Made by a program: the position numbers and the translations under genes
Shown here: positions 42,107-51,554 of the stretch, piece by piece
Position numbering within the stretch: position 1 is the first letter of the stretch
Layout: each line of letters opens with the position of its first letter
Assembly (NCBI GenBank): GCA_022827685.1
Contig: JAJEIH010000117.1
Location: forward strand, 198 to 64,197
DNA from: Alphaproteobacteria bacterium
Lineage (GTDB): Bacteria > Pseudomonadota > Alphaproteobacteria > Bin95
Direction: 5' to 3'
Length of the DNA stretch: 64,000 nucleotides
The notes under the pieces: model-generated
Told to the model about the DNA's origin: nothing
Databases searched by the model: none
The model's input: the letters and a program-made list of their open reading frames with translations, nothing else

Positions 42107-42989
42107 GCGCGTAGCCCTGCCGCGCGAGCGGGACCGGCTCTCCCGCCGCGTCGAGGACCGTCACGCCCCCGCCCGCAACGATGCGCCCGACGGGAATGGC
42201 CGCGCTCTCCCGCGCGGCGAAAACCAGTTCGTAGTCGTCGCCGCCGGTCAGCGCCTCCAGCCGCGCTTGCGTTCCGAGCGCGGCCACCTCCGGCGAGAGC
42301 GGCACGGCTTCGAGCTCGATGACGGCGCCGACGCCGGAAGCCCGGCAGATATGGCCGAGATCGGCAATGAGCCCGTCGGAGATGTCGGCAGCCGCGGTGG
42401 CGCCCTCGGCCGCGCCGAAACGCGGCGTGGGCAGCCAGTAGCGCTCCGCGAGGCGCGGCGCCTCGAGTTCGCCGCGGACGGCTTTCAGCCCGAAACAGCC
42501 GTCGCCGACCGGCCCGGTGACGAACACGCGGTCGCCGGGCCTGGCGCCGGAGCGTCGAACCGGGGCGGCCGCCGAGCCGAATGCGGTCACCGTGAGCGTG
42601 AGCGCGCCCGGCGTCGCCACCGTGTCGCCGCCGAACAGCGAGAGGCCGAACGCCTCCTGGTCCGCGGCGAGGCCGGCCGCGAAGCCTTCCAGCCACGGGT
42701 CGTCGATCCGCTCGGGAAGGGCGAGGTTGAGCAGGTAGCCTTCCGGCCGCGCGGCCATGGCGGCGAGGTCGGAAAGGTTGGTCCGCAGGAGCCGGCGCGC
42801 GATCAGGCCGGGCGGGCCGCCGCCGGGGAAATGCACGCCTTCCACCATGCTGTCCGTCGTCACGACCAGCCGTGCTTCTCCGGGCGGGTCGAGAAGCGCG
42901 GCGTCGTCTTCGAGGCCGCCCGCGCCGGGGGCGGTGGCGAGCGGCGCCAGGAAGCGGCGGATCAGCTCGAATTCGCCCGACCGGCTCAT
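42099..42989 (-). CDS. thiL: Thiamine-phosphate kinase
   Basis: GEFELIRRFL, DDAA, DSMVEGVHF, NLSDLAAM, GGDT, DISDGL, GGDDYEL. Confidence 0.95.
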   Translation of the reverse strand: MSRSGEFELIRRFLAPLATAPGAGGLEDDAALLDPPGEARLVVTTDSMVEGVHFPGGGPPGLIARRLLRTNLSDLAAMAARPEGYLLNLALPERIDDPWLEGFAAGLAADQEAFGLSLFGGDTVATPGALTLTVTAFGSAAAPVRRSGARPGDRVFVTGPVGDGCFGLKAVRGELEAPRLAERYWLPTPRFGAAEGATAAADISDGLIADLGHICRASGVGAVIELEAVPLSPEVAALGTQARLEALTGGDDYELVFAARESAAIPVGRIVAGGGVTVLDAAGEPVPLARQGYAHD

Positions 42990-43501
42990 GCCGCCGGGCC
43001 GTCGAGTTCGCCGGGCCGCGCGCTGCGGGCGATCCGGTCGAACACGGCCGTCGCGAAGCGGGCCTGGGGCTCGTCGAAGAAATCGCCCACAAGGTCCGTA
43101 TATTCGCGGATCGCGACGCGGGGCGGCACCTCGGTCCGGTAGAGCAGTTCGGCCGCCCCCAGCCTGAGCGCGGCGCGGAGCACCGGCTCCAGCCGTCCGA
43201 GCCCGTTGTCCCTGGAGAGCGCCGCCGAGACCGCGCTGTCGATGTCGCGCCGATGCTCCGCCACGGACCGGATCAGGAGGTCGAAGAAGCGCCGGTCGGC
43301 GTCGAGCCTGATGCCTTCGAGGTTCTTGCCGAGGCGGTGGCGCCGGAACTGGTCCGACACCGCCTCCGCCGTCTCGCGGTTCATTTCCGCCTGGTAGAGC
43401 GCCTGGAGGGCGGCGAGGCGCGCCAGCCGCCGCCGGCTCGGAGGCGCCTCGCCGGCGTCTTCGGCCTCCCGGGGCCCGGACTCGGGGTCGCCGGGCGTCA
43501 A
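42986..43501 (-). CDS. nusB: Transcription antitermination factor NusB
   Basis: RRLARLAALQALYQ, LRAALRLGAAEL, VPPRVAIREY; TTG start overlapping the ribH stop (uncertain). Confidence 0.9.
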   Translation of the reverse strand: MTPGDPESGPREAEDAGEAPPSRRRLARLAALQALYQAEMNRETAEAVSDQFRRHRLGKNLEGIRLDADRRFFDLLIRSVAEHRRDIDSAVSAALSRDNGLGRLEPVLRAALRLGAAELLYRTEVPPRVAIREYTDLVGDFFDEPQARFATAVFDRIARSARPGELDGPAA

Positions 43502-43932
43502 TCCGCCCGCCCGAGCGCCTGCTTCAGCACGATGGTCTTGAGGCAGGCATGGGCCGCCTCGGCACCCTTGTTCTTGCCGGAAACGCTGGCGCGGACGCGC
43601 GCCTGGTCGCCGTTCTCGCAGGTGAGCAGGCCGAAGCCGAGCGCCAGCTTGCGCTCGACCGCCAGCGTCTGCAGCGCGCGGCTCACCTCCGTGCAGAGAT
43701 GGTCGTAATGGGTCGTCTCGCCGCGAATGACGCAGCCGATGGCGATGAAGCCGTCGAAGCGCTTCGGCGAATCGAGCGCAATCGAGATCGCGACCGGAAG
43801 CTCGAACGCGCCGGCGACCTCGTAGCGGTCCCAGCTGTGGCCGGCCTCCTCGATGACGGCGGCGGCCCCGGCAATCATCTCGTCGCAGATGTCCTCGTAA
43901 TAGGGCGCGACGACCATCATGATGTGGGCCAC
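43498..43932 (-). CDS. ribH: 6,7-dimethyl-8-ribityllumazine synthase
   Basis: GAFELP, IGCVIRGETTHYD, GFGLLT, KNKGAEAA. Confidence 0.95.
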   Translation of the reverse strand: MAHIMMVVAPYYEDICDEMIAGAAAVIEEAGHSWDRYEVAGAFELPVAISIALDSPKRFDGFIAIGCVIRGETTHYDHLCTEVSRALQTLAVERKLALGFGLLTCENGDQARVRASVSGKNKGAEAAHACLKTIVLKQALGRAD

Positions 43933-45077
43933 AGGCTCTCCTCCTTCGGGATCGGGCGCCGGCCGGCAATGTGCAGGTCGTAGCCGTCGAGGCCGACGAT
44001 ATGCCGGTCGCTGTCGGACAGAAGAATCATGTTGACGACGCCGAGGTCGCGCAGGATCTGCGCGCCGACGCCGTAGTCGCGCAGCGGCGGCCGTCCCCGC
44101 GTTTCGCGGCTGTCGATCTCCGCCTTGATCCGCGCCGAGAGCAGCGACGAGTGGCGCTCGCGAAGCAGCATCACCACGCCCCGGCCCTCCCGGCCGATGG
44201 CCATCATGGAGCGCTGCAACTCGCCGCCGCGGCCCCGGTGCTGGTCGCCCAGCAGATCTTCGAGGATGTTGAAGGCGTGCGCGCGGACGAGCACCGGCTC
44301 ATCGCCCGAAAGCTCGCCCTTCACCAGCACCTGGTGTTCCACGCCGTCGATCTTGTTGCGGTAGATGATGAGCCTGAAATGCCCTCCGTAACGGCTTTCG
44401 AACTCCGACTCGACGACCTGCTCGACCAGGATGTCCTGCCGCCGGCGCCAGGCGATCAGGTCCTCAATGGCGCCGATCCTGAGATTGTGGAACTGGGCGA
44501 AAGGAATGAGGTCCGGCAGCCGCGCCATGTTGCCGTCATCGTTCATGATCTCGCAGATCACCCCGGCCGGGTTGAGCCCGGCGAGGCGCGCGATATCGAC
44601 GGCGGCCTCGGTGTGGCCGGCGCGGACCAGCACGCCGCCCTCGCGCGCCTCCAGCGGGAAGACATGGCCCGGCGTGGAAAGGTCGCCGCCGTCCCGGTCC
44701 GGGTCGATGGCGACCGCGATGGTGCGGGCGCGGTCCGGGGCCGAGATGCCGGTGGTCACGCCTTCCTTGGCCTCGATGGACACGGTGAAGGCGGTGGACT
44801 GGCGCTGCTCGTTCTCGCGCGGCATCAGCGGCAGGCGCAGCTCCTTCACGCGCGCCGGGGTCAGCGCCAGGCAGATGAGCCCGCGCCCGTATTTCGCCAT
44901 GAAGTTGATCGCGTCCGGCGTCGCCATCTGCGCCGGGATCACGAGGTCGCCCTCGTTCTCGCGGTCCTCGTCATCGACCAGGATGAACATGCGCCCGTTG
45001 CGGGCTTCCTCGATGATCTCCTCGATGGACGAGAGATAGCCGAGGTCGTCCGTCGTGCGCGGTGCCGGCGCCCGCAT
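43917..45077 (-). CDS. ribB: DHBP synthase fused to a degenerate GTP cyclohydrolase II-like domain (RibBX type)
   Basis: VDDEDRENEGD, TAFTVSIEA, TTGISA.DR, RAGHTEA; C-terminal domain lacks the Zn-binding Cys residues. Confidence 0.93.
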   Translation of the reverse strand: MRAPAPRTTDDLGYLSSIEEIIEEARNGRMFILVDDEDRENEGDLVIPAQMATPDAINFMAKYGRGLICLALTPARVKELRLPLMPRENEQRQSTAFTVSIEAKEGVTTGISAPDRARTIAVAIDPDRDGGDLSTPGHVFPLEAREGGVLVRAGHTEAAVDIARLAGLNPAGVICEIMNDDGNMARLPDLIPFAQFHNLRIGAIEDLIAWRRRQDILVEQVVESEFESRYGGHFRLIIYRNKIDGVEHQVLVKGELSGDEPVLVRAHAFNILEDLLGDQHRGRGGELQRSMMAIGREGRGVVMLLRERHSSLLSARIKAEIDSRETRGRPPLRDYGVGAQILRDLGVVNMILLSDSDRHIVGLDGYDLHIAGRRPIPKEESLWPTS

Positions 45078-45090
45078 CAGCCCGTCGAGA

Positions 45091-45690
45091 TTACTTGCCA
45101 CGGCCCAGATCCTCCAATTGGCGGGCAAGGTAGCGCGCCAGCATGTCGATTTCCATGTTGACCGCATCTCCGGGCTGAAGTTCGCCCAGGGTCGTGTGCG
45201 AGAGGGTGTGCGGGATGATGTTGACGCCGAAGCGCGCGCCGTCCACCTCGTTGACGGTCAGCGACACGCCGTCGAGCGCGACCGAGCCCTTGGAGGCGAC
45301 GAACCGGGCGAGCGCCTCCGGGGCCTCGAAGGTGAAGCGCACGCTGTCCCCTTCCGGACGGCGCGACACCGTTCCGGCGACGCCGTCCACATGGCCCGAG
45401 ACGATATGCCCGCCGAGCTCGTCGCCGACGCAAAGCGCGCGTTCGAGGTTGACCGCGCTTCCCTCGCGCCAGCCGCCGAGCGTGGTGCAGGCAAGCGTCT
45501 CGGCCGAGGCCTCGACGGCGAACGCGCCCGGCCGGACGGCAACGACCGTCAGGCACGCTCCGGAGCAGGAGATCGAGGCGCCGAGCGCGATGCCCGAGGT
45601 ATCCCAGGCCGTCGCGATCTCGAACCGGGTGTCGCCGTGGCACTCGACGGCCGCCACGCGCCCGATATCGGTGACTATTCCGGTGAACAT
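45091..45690 (-). CDS. ribE: Riboflavin synthase (alpha chain)
   Basis: MFTGIV, GACLTV, VNLERAL, GGHIVSGHVD, KGSVALDGVSLT. Confidence 0.96.
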   Translation of the reverse strand: MFTGIVTDIGRVAAVECHGDTRFEIATAWDTSGIALGASISCSGACLTVVAVRPGAFAVEASAETLACTTLGGWREGSAVNLERALCVGDELGGHIVSGHVDGVAGTVSRRPEGDSVRFTFEAPEALARFVASKGSVALDGVSLTVNEVDGARFGVNIIPHTLSHTTLGELQPGDAVNMEIDMLARYLARQLEDLGRGK

Positions 45691-46790
45691 CGCCGCCAGA
45701 CCTCCCAGGTGTCGCCGCCGGCCTCGCGCCGGGCATGAAGGCGGAAGCGCGGCGCGTCGCCGGGGTTCTCCGCGCCGAGCGCCGCCACGGCAGGCGCGCC
45801 GTCGCCGCCCATCACCGCGGGCGCGCGGAACCAGTGGATGCGGTCCACCAGGTCCGCCTTCAGCAGCGCCGCCGCCAGCATGCCGCCGCCCTCCACCAGC
45901 AGGCGGGTGAGGCCCGCTTCGCCGAGCCGCCGGAGGCCGGCCGCCAGGTCCATCCGCCCGTCCTCGCCGGCGGGCACGCGGATGAGCCGGACGCCGGCAT
46001 CCTCCAGCCGGCTTGCGCGGTCCCGGTCCGCATCCTCCCGGCAGAGCGCCCAGCAGGGCCGGCCGTCGGCGGCCAGATGGTGCGTCGGCGGCAGGCCGAG
46101 GCCGCCATCCGCCACGATGCGGAGCGGCGAGCGGTCCCGCAGCCCGTCCAGCCGGCAGTCGAGGCGCGGATTGTCGAGCAGCGCCGTGCGCGCGCCCACC
46201 ATGACCGCGTCATGGCCGGCCCTCAGCCTGTGCGCGGCCGCGCGGGCGGCCGGGCCGGTGATCCAGCGGCTCTCGCCGCTCTGCGCCGCGATCCGCCCGT
46301 CCAGGGTCGTCGCGGTCTTGAGCGCGACCAGCGGCCGGCCCGAGGCGACACGGGTGAGGAAGCCCGCATTGTCGAACCGCGCCTCCGCCTCGCCGGGCCC
46401 CGTTTCCACCGCAATGCCCGCCGCCTCCAACCGCGCGAAGCCCCGCCCGGCGACGCGCGGGTCCGGGTCCCCGGTCGCGGCGACGACGCGGGCGATTCCG
46501 GCCTCGATGAGCGCGTCGGCGCAGGGCGGCGTGCGGCCGTGATGGCTGCACGGCTCAAGCGTCACATAGCAGGCGGCGCCCCTGGCGGCCGCGCCGGCGC
46601 GGGCCAGCGCCTCGGCTTCGGCATGGGGGCGGCCGCCGGGCTGCGTCCAGCCCCGCGCGACGACCCGGGGCCCGTGCGCGATCACGCAGCCGACCGCGGG
46701 GTTGGGCCAGACCGTGCCCAGGCCCCGCCGGCCGAGCGCGAGCGCGGCGCCCATATGCGCCCCGTCAACGCTGCGAGCGTCCGTCGTCAT
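45675..46790 (-). CDS. ribD: Bifunctional riboflavin biosynthesis deaminase/reductase
   Basis: [38 protein letters not shown]. Confidence 0.96.
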   Translation of the reverse strand: MTTDARSVDGAHMGAALALGRRGLGTVWPNPAVGCVIAHGPRVVARGWTQPGGRPHAEAEALARAGAAARGAACYVTLEPCSHHGRTPPCADALIEAGIARVVAATGDPDPRVAGRGFARLEAAGIAVETGPGEAEARFDNAGFLTRVASGRPLVALKTATTLDGRIAAQSGESRWITGPAARAAAHRLRAGHDAVMVGARTALLDNPRLDCRLDGLRDRSPLRIVADGGLGLPPTHHLAADGRPCWALCREDADRDRASRLEDAGVRLIRVPAGEDGRMDLAAGLRRLGEAGLTRLLVEGGGMLAAALLKADLVDRIHWFRAPAVMGGDGAPAVAALGAENPGDAPRFRLHARREAGGDTWEVWRRCSPE

Positions 46791-47241
46791 CCTGATCGGC
46801 AAGCTGTCCGACAAACTCCTCGAAGTCCTTGGCCTCCCGGAAATCGCGGTAAACGGAGGCGAAACGGACATAGGCGACCTGGTCGAGGTCGGCGAGCATC
46901 TCCATCACCATTTCGCCGAGCCGGTCCGAGGGGAACTCGCCCTGTCCCGAGGCTTCGAGCTGGCGCACCAGGCTGGAGATCATGCGCTCCAGCCGGGCGT
47001 CGTCCACCGGCCGCTTGCGCAGTGCGACCGCCACGGAGCGCTTGAGCTTCTCGCGGTCGAACGCCTCGCGCCGGCCGCTGGACTTCAGGATCGTGAGGTC
47101 GCGCAGTTGCACCCGCTCGAAGGTGGTGAAGCGCGCATTGCAGGCGGGGCAGGAGCGGCGGCGGCGGATGACGGCGTTGTCCTCCGTCGGCCGGCTGTCC
47201 TTCACCTGCGTGTCTTCATGGGCGCAGAACGGGCAACGCAT
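46765..47241 (-). CDS. nrdR: Transcriptional repressor NrdR
   Basis: [40 protein letters not shown]. Confidence 0.97.
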   Translation of the reverse strand: MRCPFCAHEDTQVKDSRPTEDNAVIRRRRSCPACNARFTTFERVQLRDLTILKSSGRREAFDREKLKRSVAVALRKRPVDDARLERMISSLVRQLEASGQGEFPSDRLGEMVMEMLADLDQVAYVRFASVYRDFREAKDFEEFVGQLADQDDDGRSQR

Positions 47242-47245
47242 CGCA

Positions 47246-48508
47246 CTACCTCCCCGGGGCCGCCCCGTAGATCGGGAAGCGCGCCAGCAGCGCCCCGACC
47301 CGCGCCGCCGCGCGCGCCTCCGCCGCCTCGCCGCCCTTCAGCACCTCCACGATGAGCCGCCCCACCTCCCGGAACGCCTCCTCGTCGAAGCCGCGCGTGG
47401 TCGCCGCTGGCGAGCCGAGGCGCAGGCCCGAGGTGACGGTCGGCTTCTCCGGGTCGAACGGGATGCCGTTCTTGTTGCAGGTGATGCGCGCGCGCTCCAG
47501 CGCCTTCTCGGCGACATCGCCGGTGAGGCCGAGCGGGCGCAGATCGACCAGCAGCAGGTGTGTGTCCGTGCCGCCCGAGACGATCTCCAGCCCGCCTTCC
47601 CGCAGCGTCTGGGCAAGCGCGCGGGCATTGGCGACCACGGCCTCGGCATAGTCGCGGAACCCGGGCTGGAGCGCCTCGCCGAAGGCGACCGCCTTGGCGG
47701 CGATGACATGCATCAGCGGGCCGCCCTGGAGGCCGGGGAACACCGCCGAGTCGATCCGCCGGCCGAGCGTCGCGTCATTGGTGAGGATCATGCCGCCGCG
47801 CGGGCCCCGCAGCGTCTTGTGGGTGGTGGTGGTGACGATGTCGGCCCAGGGCAGCGGGCTCGGATGCACGCCGGCCGCCACCAGCCCGGCGAAATGCGCC
47901 ATATCGACCATGAACTTCGCGCCCGAGGCGTCGGCGATCTCGCGGAAGGGGCGGAAGTCGATCTCGCGCGGATAGGCCGAGCCGCCCGCGATGATGAGCG
48001 CCGGCCGGCGTTCCTCCGCCAGCCGCGCGACCTCGTCGAAGTCGATCCGGCTGTCCTGTCGGCGCACGCCGTATTGCACGGCGTCGAACCACTTGCCGGA
48101 GAGGTTGGGCGCCGCGCCGTGCGTCAGGTGCCCGCCGGCGGCGAGCGACATGCCGAGCACCGTGTCGCCCGGCTTGCAGAGCGCCATGAAGGCCGCCTGG
48201 TTCGCCTGCGCGCCGGAATGCGGCTGGACATTGACATGCGCCGCGCCGAACAGCTGCTTCGCCCGCTCGATGGCGAGCCGCTCCGCCCGGTCCACCCATT
48301 CGCAGCCGCCATAGTAGCGCCGCCCCGGATAGCCCTCGGCATATTTATTGGTCAGCACCGAGCCCTGCGCCTCCAGCACGGCGCGCGAGACGATGTTCTC
48401 CGAGGCGATCAGCTCGATCTGGTCGCGCTGGCGGCCCAGCTCCCCGCCGATGGCGGCAGAGAGGTCCGGGTCGGCGTCGGCCAGCGGCGCGGTGAAGAAA
48501 TCGGCCAT
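47246..48508 (-). CDS. glyA: Serine hydroxymethyltransferase
   Basis: [38 protein letters not shown]. Confidence 0.97.
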   Translation of the reverse strand: MADFFTAPLADADPDLSAAIGGELGRQRDQIELIASENIVSRAVLEAQGSVLTNKYAEGYPGRRYYGGCEWVDRAERLAIERAKQLFGAAHVNVQPHSGAQANQAAFMALCKPGDTVLGMSLAAGGHLTHGAAPNLSGKWFDAVQYGVRRQDSRIDFDEVARLAEERRPALIIAGGSAYPREIDFRPFREIADASGAKFMVDMAHFAGLVAAGVHPSPLPWADIVTTTTHKTLRGPRGGMILTNDATLGRRIDSAVFPGLQGGPLMHVIAAKAVAFGEALQPGFRDYAEAVVANARALAQTLREGGLEIVSGGTDTHLLLVDLRPLGLTGDVAEKALERARITCNKNGIPFDPEKPTVTSGLRLGSPAATTRGFDEEAFREVGRLIVEVLKGGEAAEARAAARVGALLARFPIYGAAPGR

Positions 48509-48634
48509 GCGCGAGGGGCTCCCGAATCCAGCCCCCAGCCCATAGCAAATCCCGCCCCCGCCCGCCATAGCGCGCGGCGGAACGGCGGCCGGGGCGCTAT
48601 CGGCTATCCGCCGACCGCGGGCCCCGCGGCCCCG

Positions 48635-48799
48635 TCAGTTCGTCTCCCGCTTGATGAAGCCCTCGAACAGTCCTTCCAGACGGGCCATGCGCTCGCGCAA
48701 CTCGCCGACATCGCGATGCACGCGGTCGATCTGGCTCCAGAGGAACGCAAAGCCCGCGATCAGGATGGCGGGCGTTATCCACGGTTCGAGCGTTTCCAC
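48635..48799 (-). CDS. Small TM + coiled-coil protein (54 aa), not in the ORF track
   Basis: GTG start after AGAGG; METLEPWITPAILIAGFAFLWSQIDRVHRDVGELRERMARLEGLFEGFIKRETN. Confidence 0.7.
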   Translation of the reverse strand: METLEPWITPAILIAGFAFLWSQIDRVHRDVGELRERMARLEGLFEGFIKRETN

Positions 48800-49107
48800 C
48801 GGCAGCCTCTTGCTTCGTCGGTAGGGAACAAAGCTGACACGCTCCGGGCGGCTTCACAAGCACAAACCCGCCATAGCGCGCGGCCCATGTCGCCCTTGCA
48901 TTGATCTTTCCGAAAACGCAGACTGCTTCTCGCAAGCAATACGCGGACACCCGCTTTGTCGGGCCGCCCGCTGAATAGAACAGCCTGATACCCGGCAAGG
49001 GAGTAGCTACCCGAGCCCGGCGAATAGGCGGGGCTTTACGCATCCGCGTGTTGCTTGCAACGGCCCGACGCCAGCTTCGGGCCTTTGTGTCGAAGCGAGG
49101 CGCGGGA

Positions 49108-49899
49108 ATGGCCCAACTGCCTGTCTATGTCATCAATCTCGACCGGCGGCCGGACCGCTGGGCGGCCATGTCCGCGCAGATGGGCCGGCTCGGCATCGAG
49201 GCGGTGCGCATCCCCGCAATCGACAGGGACAGCCTGGCGGGCGATCCGGCGCTTCTAAGGATGGGCGCGGGCCATGTCGCCTGCGCCCGCAGCCATTACA
49301 GGGCCATGCAGGCCCTGGTCGATTGCGGCGCGCCCGCCGCGCTCGTCCTCGAAGACGATGTCGAGGTCGGCGGGGAAGTCCCGGCGCTTGTCGCGTCGCT
49401 GGAATGGTGGCCCGGCGAACACGGGCTGGTGAAGCTGCAAAGCACGATCGCGCCCGACAGGCGGATATGGCTGGGCCCCGCCGTCGGCGCCACGCCGAGC
49501 GGCCGCTCCCTCAGGCCGATCCTGGGCAGCCATCTGGGCGCATACGGATATCTGATCGACCACGACGCCGCCCTGGAGGCGCTGGAGACCGCCCCGGCGA
49601 CACCCATGCCGATCGACCATCTGCTGTTCAATCTCGGCAACTCGCGTCTCGCGCACAGCCTCGCCCCGCTGCAGATGACGCCGGGCGCAATCCGCCATCT
49701 GCCCTACGGGATGTTCGGCTCGGACACGGGAGAGCACCGGGTCGAAGGGCGGAAGCTCTGGAAGCCCGGCTACGCGACCCGCCTGTCGCTCAAGAAGACA
49801 TGGATGTGGGCCGCGGCGAGGGGCCGGTGCGAGCGCACCGGCGTCGGATACTGCCCCGGCCCGAAGGCGAACCGGACCGCCGGGGCCGCGGCCGGGTGA
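49108..49899 (+). CDS. Glycosyltransferase family 25
   Basis: YVINLDRRPDR, AC..SH, ALVLEDD, PIDH. Confidence 0.88.
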   Translation: MAQLPVYVINLDRRPDRWAAMSAQMGRLGIEAVRIPAIDRDSLAGDPALLRMGAGHVACARSHYRAMQALVDCGAPAALVLEDDVEVGGEVPALVASLEWWPGEHGLVKLQSTIAPDRRIWLGPAVGATPSGRSLRPILGSHLGAYGYLIDHDAALEALETAPATPMPIDHLLFNLGNSRLAHSLAPLQMTPGAIRHLPYGMFGSDTGEHRVEGRKLWKPGYATRLSLKKTWMWAAARGRCERTGVGYCPGPKANRTAGAAAG

Positions 49900-50723
49900 T
49901 GCTGCCCGTTTTCATCATCAATCTCGACCGCCGCCCGGACCGTTGGGCGGCGATGTCCGCGCAAATGGACCGCCTCGGCATCGAGGCGGTGCGCATCCCG
50001 GCGGTCGATGCCCGCCTGCTGGCGGCGCAGGAGGAATGGGAGCGAACGACGAACGGCAATCCGCCCTTCTGGCGCATCAATCTGGGCTCGGCGGCCAACA
50101 TGCTCGGCCACGGCAGGGCCATGAGCGAACTGCTCGGGTCGGACGCCCCGGCGGCGCTGATTCTGGAAGACGATGCGGCGCTCGCTCCCGATACGCCTTC
50201 ATTGCTGGAGTCGGTGGACTGGTGGCCTTCCGGCGCGCATGTCGTGCGGCTGGAAGCCAGCCTTCCGTCGGGCCCCCGGTGGCGCAAGGCCGCGCCGCTG
50301 TGGCGGTCGTCGGGCAGGACGCCGAGCGGGCGCGGGCTGCACCGTCTGGAACGATGGTGCAGCGGGTCCGCGGCCTATCTGATCGACCGGCGCGGGGCGC
50401 AAATCGCGCTCGCGGCGTTCGCCGACCCCGACCACACGGTTGACCAGACGCTGTTCGATTTCCGGCGTTCCAGGGTGGCCCGCCGGCTGCGGACCGTGCA
50501 GGTGCTGCCGGCGATGGCGCGCCAGCGCGAAGAGGACGGAAGCGACCAGGCGTCGTGGCGCCAGGCGGCGGAATTGCGGGGCCGGAAAAGGCGCGTCCAT
50601 CGCTTGCGGAGGAACCTTCGCGCCCTGCCGTACAAGGCGCGCGTGCAGGCGCTGTTCGCCCTCGGGATGGTGCGGAAGGTCCGTATTTCCTACAGCGACG
50701 ATCCGCCGGAGCGTCCGTGCTGA
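49899..50723 (+). CDS. Glycosyltransferase family 25
   Basis: FIINLDRRPDR, AVD, ALILEDD, GSAAYLI; TGATG coupling. Confidence 0.88.
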   Translation: MLPVFIINLDRRPDRWAAMSAQMDRLGIEAVRIPAVDARLLAAQEEWERTTNGNPPFWRINLGSAANMLGHGRAMSELLGSDAPAALILEDDAALAPDTPSLLESVDWWPSGAHVVRLEASLPSGPRWRKAAPLWRSSGRTPSGRGLHRLERWCSGSAAYLIDRRGAQIALAAFADPDHTVDQTLFDFRRSRVARRLRTVQVLPAMARQREEDGSDQASWRQAAELRGRKRRVHRLRRNLRALPYKARVQALFALGMVRKVRISYSDDPPERPC

Positions 50724-50728
50724 ACGCC

Positions 50729-51445
50729 ATGCCGCCGATCTTCGTGGTCTCTCTGGTCCGGGAGACCGGACGCCGCGCCCGCATGCGGAAGGAGCTGAAG
50801 GCGCAGCAGCTCGATTTCGAGTTTTTCGACGCGGTGGACGGGGCCGGGCTGCCCGAGGACTGCTACCGCCACCGGATGCAGGAGCAGTGGTGGCGCATCA
50901 TGCGGGGCCGCCGGCTGTCGCCCGGCGAGATCGGCTGCTTCCTGTCCCACTACGCGCTCTGGCGGCATCTGGTCGATACCGGGACGCCGTATGCCGTCGT
51001 TCTTGAGGACGATGCGGCGCTGGAGGACGGCTTCCCGGCCCTCATCGACGCCGTTCTGAGGACGGACCTCGACTGGGATGTCGTTCTGCTGTCGCCGAGG
51101 AAGCGCTATCGGGTTCACCGGGAAATGGCAATGCTGGACGGCCGGCGCTCCCTCGTCCGCTATCGCCGCCGCGTCGGAGGCTGCGTCGGCTATCTCGTCC
51201 GGCTGGAAGCGGCGAGGGCGCTGCTTCACTACTGCTGGCGCATCCGCGCGCCCATAGACTGGCTCTACGCGGAATGGTGGCGCAACGGGCTGGCCTTCTA
51301 CGCCGTCGATCCGGCCATCGTCATCCATACCGGAGTCCGGTCCACCATCCAGACGCTGCCGAAGGGGCGGCGAACCGCGCTGGAGCACACGGCGGCGGCC
51401 AGCCACCGCCTGGCGGACTGGCTCTATCTGCGCAGCACGGCTTAG
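50729..51445 (+). CDS. Glycosyltransferase family 25
   Basis: FVVSL..RR, FFDAVDG, LSPGEIGCFLSH..LW, VLEDD, PID; alternative GTG start at 50717. Confidence 0.9.
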   Translation: MPPIFVVSLVRETGRRARMRKELKAQQLDFEFFDAVDGAGLPEDCYRHRMQEQWWRIMRGRRLSPGEIGCFLSHYALWRHLVDTGTPYAVVLEDDAALEDGFPALIDAVLRTDLDWDVVLLSPRKRYRVHREMAMLDGRRSLVRYRRRVGGCVGYLVRLEAARALLHYCWRIRAPIDWLYAEWWRNGLAFYAVDPAIVIHTGVRSTIQTLPKGRRTALEHTAAASHRLADWLYLRSTA

Positions 51446-51554
51446 AGCGAAAGCCTTCGGATTGCATGGCCCCCTTCTGCCACCCCGCCCGAAGCGTAGC
51501 GGCGAGGCGACGGGACGGCGTAGCCCGGCGGCCGTGTGCAGGGAGATATGAGGC

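Noticed and set aside
43917-44430. Degenerate GTP cyclohydrolase II domain of ribB as a novelty or pseudogene
   Set aside because: RibBX-type fusions lacking the Zn ligands are known and common in proteobacteria, and the frame is intact.
48509-48630. ZTP (pfl) or FMN riboswitch upstream of the glyA-rib operon
   Set aside because: No conserved aptamer motifs were recognisable by eye; an Rfam scan would settle it.
48800-49107. Gene or ncRNA in the lower-GC spacer before the GT25 block (ORF 48597-49043)
   Set aside because: No recognisable protein or RNA motif; the ORF overlaps the better-supported 54-aa gene in another frame.
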